Shown: piece after piece, positions 25,738 to 35,775 of the stretch
Layout of the letters: each line of letters opens with the position of its first letter
Numbering within the stretch: position 1 is the stretch's first letter
NCBI GenBank assembly: GCA_050613775.1
Contig: JBODTK010000015.1
Coordinates: 1,488,001 to 1,523,775, forward strand
Direction of reading: 5' to 3'
Source of the DNA: Neocallimastix sp. 'constans'
Taxonomy: Eukaryota
DNA: 35,775 nt
The notes under the pieces: generated by a model
What the model saw: the letters and a program-made list of their open reading frames with translations, nothing else
What the model was told of the DNA's origin: nothing
The model's database searches: none
Made by a program: the position numbers and the translations under genes

Positions 25738-26678
25738 GTAAATTAAATATGTATTATCAACATTTATAGTTATTATTTAAATTATTTTTTTTAAAAAATA
25801 ATTTAAATAATAACTATAAAAAAAAAGTTTTAATCAAAAGAAAGAGTTATGTCATATTATATGTATGTATATAATTTTATTAATAATAATTATTACATTT
25901 AAATTAAAACTTCTATAATATTATCATATTTTTTTTTCAATAATTAATATTCTCTAAATTATTTTTTATTAAAAAAAATTAAAAAAAAAAAAAAAAAAAA
26001 GATTACTGTCATTATTCTTTTATATAAAATAAAATAAAGTAAAATAAAATAAAAAGAAAGTATAAATATGCAATATATAAAGATGATGAATCATTCGACC
26101 TTTTAATTAATGTAAATGCATAGAAGTTGAGTTAAAATTTATAAATAATATATACAATATTAATTATTATATTTACTTAAAATAAAAAATTTTAAAATTA
26201 TTTGAATCATTACATAAATATTATATTAATAATATAAAATTAATCTGACTAATAAATATAAAAAATATGTATAATAAATTAATGTAATATTATCATATAA
26301 ATAATCTTTTTATAATTTTACTTTTCAATATTATTGATATACATAATTAATTTATCTTGTTTTATTATTTATATCAATTAATTAATGAAAAATAATAATA
26401 ATAACTAATAATATATATATATATTTTTTTTATTGCTGTTGTTTTATTTATTTATTATATTAACTATATAAATATGTAATTGAAATAATAATTATTGTTG
26501 TTATATTATTATTATAAAAAAAATTATTTTTGTTATTTAATTATAAAAAAATAATAATAGATAAATAAAATAAATATATATATAAATATATAAATAAATA
26601 GTAGAAAATATTAAATAATAATTATAAGAAATAATAATTATAAATAAATAAATAAAATAAAATAAATAAATAAATAAA

Positions 26679-26737
<59 letters not shown>

Positions 26738-27167
26738 ATAATTAACTTTAATTTTAATTAATTTTTTTAAAAAAAATAAAAAAAATAAAAAAATACAGAT
26801 TTTTTTTATATAATTAATGTTAATATATTATTTAATTTTTCAAAATATTAAAATTTATATTAATATATTATTTTTAATAAAAAAAAAAATAAAATAAAAA
26901 AAAAATAAAATAAAAAAATAACAATAATATAAAATTTTAAAAATTGACAAATTAGTATTAAGTACTAATTTTAACATAACAAATAATAATTAAAAAGATA
27001 TTAAAAGTAATAAAGTAAAATAATAAACATTTAACATTGTAAAAATAATTAAATTTTGCTTGAATTAGATTTTTAAATATATAGTGAATTTAAAAATGAA
27101 TCAAACATCATTTATCTATTATTTTTATTATATTATACTATTATTTAATATATTCATATATATTTAT

Positions 27168-27203
<36 letters not shown>

Positions 27204-27302
27204 GAAATAAAAAAGATTCTAAACAATACATTAAAGAAATTAAAAACATATAAGAAAACTATTACAAATAAATTAGTTAACTGGAATAACTAAAATCTGA
27301 AA

Positions 27303-27672
27303 ATGGAGAATATTTTTTGTTGTGGTATTTATATATATATAATTTTAAATGAAAATTTAAAAATATACATTAATTAATTAATATAATATTGAAAATGTTA
27401 GTTTTGATATTTTTTTCAAATAATAGCAAAAATAAAAAAAAAAATAAAAAAATAAAAAAATAAATAAACAAATAAATAAAATGAAGTAAAATATAAAGAA
27501 TAGAATAGAATTTATTATAATTATTTTTAATTATTTAAATTTTTTCATTTAATAATTTTTCATAATTTTATTGAATGATATGTAGTACCAAAACTATTTA
27601 AAAAAAAAAAAAAAAAAAAGATATTAATATATTTATTATTATTATTATTATTTTATATTTTATAAACAATAA

Positions 27673-27704
<32 letters not shown>

Positions 27705-29283
27705 ATTAAATATAATATTTTTATTTAAAATGTTAATGAAAACAATACCATATAAAGACCCTCCACTTAACTCAACAAAAGAAGCTACTGTTGGTTTACC
27801 TTTTGAATTTTTTATTGTTCTTATAGTATCACCACAGCTTTCATCAGAAATTGATAAAGTTCAAGTATATTCAAATTTTATGTTTGATGGTAATAATAAT
27901 AATAATTGGGGTGTTACTGTTAACTTAAGAGAAGATACAAATCCAAGACCACCAATTCTTGGTTTACCACAAGATAATAGTAAAGTTATTAGAAGATTCA
28001 GAGGTAAGTATTAAATAAAAATAAATTAATAATAAAAATAATTATATATGTTTTTAATATATTAATATTAAATTTTTTTTTTTCTACTTCTAGACTAAAA
28101 AAAATCTTTTTTTTTTTATCTATTAATAATTTATATCTATTTAAATTATATAATTCGTTATATAAGGTGATTTTACTTTTGATAGACCAGGTGAATATGA
28201 ATTTACATATAGAGCAACATTAAATGTTCCCAATAGTAACGAAGAACATATATGGTGGTCAGGAAGGGATAATCAAAATGGAAAAGTTATCGTCAAACAA
28301 GCATCTAATAGATACGAAAAAGATATTAAGAATTTAAATGATGTATTAATTCCAACTGAACCTATTGAAGTTGAATTAACAAAAACTTCTGATCCAAATA
28401 TTCTTTACTCTGGATTTATGAAAATTCCAATTCATTCTCTTATTGTTTCAAAATTTTATCCAGTTGATATGGTAATATTTAAAAAATAAAGATTGTTTCA
28501 TATTTTTCTCTTCTAGATATAAACCAATTTAATTATAATTATAATACTTATTTATTTATTTAAAATTATAACTAATCATTAAAATCAAAATTATTATAAA
28601 AATAATGATAATAAAAAGTTAAATTGGGTTGCTTTCACAAAAGCAAATGACTGGTGGCTTGAACCAATTTCAAATGATTGTAAAAATTTCCAATGGGATA
28701 ATAAAGATGCAATTTTCTTATTATATCAAAGAACGGATGGCTATTACGTATTTTTAGTTCCAATAAGTAATGATAAGATTTCACTTTCGTTAACTTCTCG
28801 TTATCATGATGGTAGTTTTAATATTAATACAATGTTTAAAAGTTGTGATTATCGTGAAGATAATGTGGTAAATAATCTAAAAAAAAAAAAAAAGAAAAAA
28901 AAAAAAAAAAAAAAAATAGAAAAAAAAATAAACTAATAAAATAGATATTTAAATTAATAACGTTTATAGTATTACAAATTAATAATATGGTATATTTATA
29001 AACTATAAATATTTCTAGTTAATGCATGTTGCTATTGGAAAATCAAATATATATAATATTATTAACAGTTCAATGGAACAAATCAGTAAAAAGTTTTCAA
29101 AGAATAATAATTTATTTTCACAAATTATGAAAAATATTAATAATAATGAAACACCATTTTGGAAATCTCTTGGTTGGTGTACCTGGTAAATAATAATAAA
29201 TAATAAATTTAATTAAAAAAAAATAATAATAATAAAAATAAAAATAAAAATAAAAATAAAAGGTTTTATATTTATATATAATA

Positions 29284-29339
<56 letters not shown>

Positions 29340-30678
29340 TTATATATATTAAATATTTTTCTAAAAAAAAACAAAAAATAAAAAATAAACAAATTAAATA
29401 AAGGAATACATGTTATAAGGATGTTAATGCATCAAAAGTTATTCAAGGTTTAGAAGAACTTAAAAATTTAAATATTCCAATTGAGTATCTATTAATTGAT
29501 GATGGATGGCAAAAATATTCTAATGATGATAAATTAGAAAGATTTGAACCAAATGATGAAAAATTCCCTAATGGAGTAGATACAATTGTTAAAAAAGCAA
29601 AAAAGGAATATAATGTAAAATATGTTGGTTTATGGCATACTCTTCAAGGTATATATTAAAGCATTTTGTTTTTTTTTTTTTTTAATAAAATAAGGGAAAA
29701 ACTTATATATATATATATATATATATAAAAGTATAGAAAAAAATTATATCATTTATTAAAAATTATTTAAAAAAAAAAAAAAAAAAAAAAATTAACAATA
29801 GGATATTGGAAAGGTATTAATCCATCATCCCAATTAGCATCTCATTACAAGTTAATCAATGTAAATTCCATAGATATGACTTTAGTAAGATCATCAGATG
29901 TTGAAAGGTTCTATAACGATTATTATACATATCTTAAGTCTCTTGGTGTTGACTTTGTTAAGGTAAATTTTCATATAAATTAATTTAATTTATTTTATTT
30001 TATAAATATATATATATATATATATGTAATAGTTATATTAAAATAGTTAATGATAATATTTATAATAGATTGATAATCAAGCTACATTTGATAAAATAAT
30101 GGAAGAATTACCAGTCGATGGAAATACACATTGCTTGAAAGCTTATCAAGTAATTGATATATATTAATTATTTATTTTTTAATTATTAAAGATATTTTAT
30201 TTTAATTATATAAAATAAATTATATATTTATTAATAATATATATACATATAAAAAAATTTTTTTTTTTTTAAAAAAATTAAAAAAATAAAAAAATAACAA
30301 AAAAAATGAATAAAACAAAACAAAACAAAACAAAACAAAACAAAATAAAATAAAACAAAAAAAAAAAAAAAAAAAAAAAAAAAAGAAAGCAATTTGGAAT
30401 ACAGCAGCATCTCATTTTAATGCCCGTACTATCCATTCAATGGCTCATAGTCCAAATATTATATTTGATTTCATTATTTCATTATCCTCTGTTGGAAAGA
30501 TTCCACATGCTCTCTTTAGAAATAGTGATGATTTCTTCCCAGATGTAGAGAGTTCACATACAAAGCACGTATATACAAATTGTTTAAACAATTTATGGAG
30601 TTCTACCTTAGGAATAAGTCCAGATTGGGATAGTAAATAATACCCAAAATTGAAAAATATTATTAAAAGTTTTTATTT

Positions 30679-30720
<42 letters not shown>

Positions 30721-30962
30721 CTAATTTTAAATATTATTACTTTATTTATTATAATATATATAGTGTTCCAAAGTTATCATAAATATGGTAATTTCCACGC
30801 CGCTGCCAGAGCTATTAGTGGTGGTCCAATTTATATTAGGTAAAGAATAATATATCAATAATAATTAATTAACTAATTAATTGATATTATTATCAAGAAA
30901 TATTATTAAATATAATAAAATAAAATAAAATAAATAAAAATATATATATATATATAAATTAT

Positions 30963-31056
<94 letters not shown>

Positions 31057-31062
31057 TTTGAT

Positions 31063-31093
<31 letters not shown>

Positions 31094-31908
31094 GTGATGA
31101 ACTTGGTAAGCATGATCCAACAGTATTACATAGATTATTTATTGGAACTGGAGAAAAAGATGATGCAAAAATATTAATGTATGATAAGCCAGCTTTACCA
31201 TGTGAACGTTCTATATTCTGTGATCCAATAAACGTTAACCGAAGCTTAAAGATTTTCAATAGTTCAGAAAAGTATTCCGTTATTGGTATGTTTAATTGTA
31301 CAGACCATATCATTGTGGATTATATTCGTTTAGGAGATATACCAAATATTGATTCACGTCAAAAGGATTATGGTGTATATATGTTTAATAATCGTGTTGT
31401 TCGTAAATTAAAATTCTTACAACAAGATATTTGGGCCTTACTTAAACCAGCTGAATTTGAATTAGCATGGATTGCTCCATTAGATATTCGTCGTTCCACA
31501 AGAAAAGCAAATCCATCCAAAAATATTTTTTCAAATCAAACCATTTCAGTTTCAGCTGCATGCTTTGGTTTAGTAAATAAATATAATGGATGTTTAGCGG
31601 TTAATTTCCATGGATTTACTAGTGAAAATCATGGACCGGATTCAGGACCAATATTTGAAGCTAATTTATCCGCCCGTGGTATAGTAGGTTTCTTTGTTGA
31701 TGTTGAAATTGATGATAAGCAACGTGAAGATGTTAACGATTTCATGTCTATATTTATTGATGGGGTTCGTGCACCTGTTGGTTCTGTAATCTATGAAAAG
31801 CATTATGCAGCTCCAGCAGCGGGAGGTGGTTTACTCTTAGTTGACACAAAATTAGATAATACAAAGGATTCATTAGATAATATTAATATTGAAATTCATT
31901 TCCACTAA
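27303..31908 (+). CDS. GH36 raffinose synthase / seed-imbibition-protein type alpha-galactosidase. Exons 27303-27324 (or an unspliced start at 27730), 27758-28003, 28167-28471, 28619-28867, 29019-29185, 29404-29648, 29802-29962, 30069-30149, 30386-30632, 30764-30839, 31095-31908
   Basis: Motifs LGWCTWN, LIDDGWQ, WHTLQGYWKG, GVDFVKIDNQ (nucleophile Asp), RNSDDFFP (acid/base), PDWDMFQS, FHAAARAISGGPIYISD are reassembled across GT-AG introns. No signal peptide. Confidence 0.93.
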
Positions 31909-32857
31909 AATTCAAGTATTTAATATTTTACCAAACTAAATATTAAAATAACATTAAATTTAAATAATATGATAAAAATAAAAATAAAAATAAAAAAAAA
32001 ATAAAATAAAAAAATAAAAATAAAAAAATAATAATAATAATAATAACAAAATGGTAAATGATGTAAGCAATAAAAAATAAATATTCATAATAATAATAAT
32101 GTGAAATTAAAATGAAAATAAAAAAATAAAAATTAAAAATAAAAATTAAAAAAAAAAAAAAAAAATAAAAAAATAAAATTATATAAAATAAATAACATAT
32201 AAAAATTCTCTTAATAATAAAAATTATATTTCACAAAATAAAAAATACTTTGGTATTATAAATTATTTAATTCATAACAAATAAATGATTCACATTACTT
32301 TAATTTATAATTTTGCCTATAAAAGTATAAATAAATATTTTTAAAAATTAATAAAAAAAAAAAAAAAGTTTATTTATCTATTTCATTTTATTTTTTAAGC
32401 TGTATTTCTTTAATAATGTATATGCTTTTATAAATGTAAAACAAAACACAAAAAAAAAAAAAAAAAAAAAAAACACTTATTTTTATTATTATTAATTATT
32501 ATTATTATTATTATTATTATTTAATATTATAAATTATAAAAAATTTTATTTATTTTTGATTACTTTATTAAAATAACAAAAAATAAAAAAAAAAAAAAAA
32601 ATATAATTTTTTTTTGTATTCTATTTTTATTTATTATAAATATTATATATATTTATGGGAAAATATTGTTTTTTTCCTTTGTTTTTTGTTTTTGTTTTTG
32701 TTTTTTCGATTTTTGTTTTTGCTTTTTTTTTTATTTGTTCTTGTTTTTTGGTTTGGATTTTAGTTTTATTTTTATTTTATTTTAATTTTTATTAATGTAA
32801 TTAAATTATATTATATTATTATTAGTTTATTTTTGCATTTTAATTTTTTTAAAAAAA

Positions 32858-34393
32858 TTAGTTTGTCTTTTGGTGAGAAGCAACACCAACAATTGGAATA
32901 TCAGATTTAATGTTAAACATAATACCGACCATAAGAATAAGAATAACAATTAATAAAACAGCTGTCCAGAATAAGAGATTAAATTGAGTAGAAATATTCT
33001 TTATTTTTAATAATTATCAATTAAAGAAAAAAAATTAATTATTTAGTTACTATTTTATTTATATCTTTTAATTTAATTAAACATATAATTTATACTTACT
33101 TCGGCTTCACAAGAACTACCACCGTATTGAATTTTACCTTCCTTCTTACATTTACAGTAGAAACAGCCAGCGTTAAGTTTGCTATCACTAACACATTCAC
33201 CGCGACCATTACAACTGTTTGTAGCCTTGTTACATTCATCAGCAGATTCGAAAAGAGAATAGGTGTTTGGTCTACTACAAGTTGGAGCATTTTGTCTCTT
33301 AACAGCTCTGAAACTACGCTTAGCCTTAATACTAGCTGGGGTAGTAATAACTTCAGCAACACCATTTTCATACATGTCTTGGAATTCCTTAACAATATTT
33401 TCAACAGCCTTCTTTACAATTTCTTTGGCTTGATTGTATTGTTCAGATTCTGGTCCATAAGTTTCATAAATCTTCTTAGCACTATCAGAAACAATACCGA
33501 AGAAATCATTGTTTTCATCCTTTACTAATTTTTCAGCACCAGCATTAATAGTACTTAAAATATCATTTATGTAAACCATTTCCTTCATGAAAAGCTTATC
33601 AGCAGACTTTGATTCATCAAAAGCAGAAGAACCAAATAATTCTTTAAATCTTGATGCAACATCATCAGTTAATCCACTAATAGCAACACGAGCTTTGTTA
33701 TATGGATGACCAGTTAATGAAACATCCTATATTAAACAATTATTATTTAATATAATTTATTACTTTACAATAACAATTTCAAAAAAATTATACTTTTTAT
33801 ACATACATCATCCTTCATAACAACACGAACAACATTGGATTTGTATTGACCTTCCTTACATTCATTTTCTTCATTAGAAACAAGAACAATCATTGAATCT
33901 GAATTTTGAGCTTCAGCAAGTTTGTAACCAACTTCAAGTTCGAAAGCAGCCATACCTTCAGCATTTACAGCATCAGAAGGTGGAATAGTGTAGGCAGTCT
34001 TTTCATTTAATAATTCTTTATGAATTTTGTGTTAGCACAGTATAAATATTTAATAAAATAATAATAATGTAATATTATTTTTACTATAAAACAATAACAA
34101 TAATAAATACCAGAATCAACACCATCAACAGAAATTAAAAGGTTAGCCTTTGGTTTGTTAAAGATATCAGAAGCTGCGTTGACGATAGCTTTATCATTAA
34201 CAGCAGCAAAGCTGGCATCTTCACTTTCAACACCAACGAAGTGTGAAACAATACCATCTAATTCTGGGAAACTAATAGATCTGACATTTTGTTCAACATT
34301 TGGGAAAATTCTGACTGAACCTTCTTTGCTTGCAGCAAAGACTGAAAGAGCCTTAACAATAAGAAGAACAGAAGTTAAGTGGAATTTTGCCAT
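32858..34393 (-). CDS. Type I membrane protein, DUF3844/Vps3844-like (signal peptide, luminal domain, EGF-like domain, C-terminal TM helix). Exons 34393-34111, 34015-33807, 33726-33100, 32998-32858
   Basis: Signal peptide MAKFHLTSVLLIVKALSVFA. C-terminal CNKATNSCNGRGEC...CFYCKC...YGGSSCEAENISTQFNLLFWTAVLLIVILILMVGIMF fits the fungal DUF3844 pattern. Junctions are phase-consistent. Confidence 0.8.
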
Positions 34394-35721
34394 GATGTAT
34401 CTATTATTCTATTATATTAATTATTTTAATTATTTATTAGATTATAACATATACTTTGATTTTTTATAAGCAAATTTTATAAATTAATTAATAAAAAAAA
34501 TCAACAAATTTAACATTTTATTTTTTATAATTCATTGTTTCTATTTGGAATAAATAATCTCTTTTTCCAAGATGTTTACTCAAATTCAAATGTTATTTCT
34601 TCTCCATAATAATCCCTTCTTTAAAAATTTAAATTTTTATAACATTATTTAATTACATATATTAATATATTTGAATAATTTATGAATAATATTTTGCGTT
34701 TTTATATTTGTATTACTATCATTTTTATTAGCATTTAATATTGATATAATTAAAAATAATTTCAAATTTATTTATCGACTTTAAATTTTATTAATATTTA
34801 CTTAAATATTTATTAAAGTTTATTTTATAAATTTTAAACTTTTCGAATCAAATACTAATGATTTTTCAATTAGATTCATCCAAATTCAGTTTTTTTTTTT
34901 TTTTTCCAATTTTTTTATATTACTATTATATCCTCACATTTCGATTTTACCTTTTATTTTTTTTTTTTTTTTTTTTTTTTTTATTTTTTTTTTTAAAATA
35001 AAAAAAAATTCTATTTTCCTTTTTTTATTATATTTTTAATTTATTTATTTTATTTTATTTTATTTTATTTTATTTTTTTATTTTTTTTTTTTTATTTTTT
35101 TTTTTTTTAATTGTTGTTTTTTAAAAAAAAAAAAAAATAAAAAATTGAAAAATAAATATATACAGAATTAAAATAATCTATATTAATATTAATATATTTT
35201 ATATTAAATATTAATATTCGATTATCAAAAATTTACTGTTAATAAATACATAAAAAAATAAGAATTATTTTATTTTATATTTTAATAATAAAAATTATGT
35301 ATTTTATTTATGATTAATTAGTAGTGGTATATGTATTAATAAATTTTATTATTAAATATTATTATTTATTATTATTATTATTATTATTTATTATTATTTA
35401 TTATTTATTTACTATTTATTATTATTTTGTTATTTATTATTTATTATTCAATTATTTATTATTTATTATTTATTATTTATTAATAATTTCTATTATCAAT
35501 AATTATAATATTTATTCTTTTTGATACAATTTAATATATAATTAAAGTCAATATAATTCAATATATGTGTTAGTATATTTTATTATAGCAATTAATATAA
35601 TGTTTAAATTAAAATCAATAGCTTTATATAAATAAATTATTTATTTTGAAGTATATATAAAGCAATTGATATATACAATACAAAAATATATTTTAATAAC
35701 ATATTATACTAGTTTTAATAT

Positions 35722-35775
35722 ATGACATCACCAAAGCCTCTTTATTATACTAATAATGTTGATTGGATGTTTAAT
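35722..35775 (+). CDS. Possible 5' end of a gene running off the window (MTSPKPLYYTNNVDWMFN...)
   Basis: An ATG follows a TAG acceptor-like site, with locally higher GC and an open frame to the window end. Only 18 codons are visible. Confidence 0.35.
   Translation, partial: MTSPKPLYYTNNVDWMFN

Noticed and set aside
26083..26130. ATGATGA box-C-like motif, considered as a C/D snoRNA
   Set aside because: No CTGA D-box at a suitable distance and no terminal stem.

Overview
This is extremely AT-rich, intron-rich eukaryotic DNA. An intronless GH48 cellulase with two C-terminal fungal (CBM10-type) dockerins points strongly to an anaerobic gut fungus (Neocallimastigomycota); that assignment is an inference. 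Hand-splicing gives nine intact or near-intact genes: eIF2B-beta (-, runs off the left edge), an Asi1/Asi3-like membrane RING E3 ligase (+), LSM5 (-), Kish/TMEM167 (+), cel48 (-), an unknown C3H zinc-finger/disordered protein (-), RFWD3 (+), a GH36 raffinose-synthase/SIP-type alpha-galactosidase (+) and a DUF3844-type EGF/TM protein (-). LSM5 and Kish are absent from the ORF track. A possible further gene start lies at the right edge. The most notable signals are: (1) two minor-spliceosome (U12-type) introns, an AT-AC intron in eIF2B-beta (808-910) and a GT-AG intron in LSM5 (6915-7128); (2) an isolated ~195-nt multi-hairpin element with H/ACA-like architecture at 17044-17240; (3) a decayed, intronless, bacterial-type BAAT/acyl-CoA thioesterase pseudogene near cel48; (4) an ATP6AP2-like architecture in the DUF3844 protein; and (5) several 3' splice sites preceded by A-tracts rather than pyrimidine tracts. 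All exon models were derived by hand and need RNA-seq or homology confirmation.
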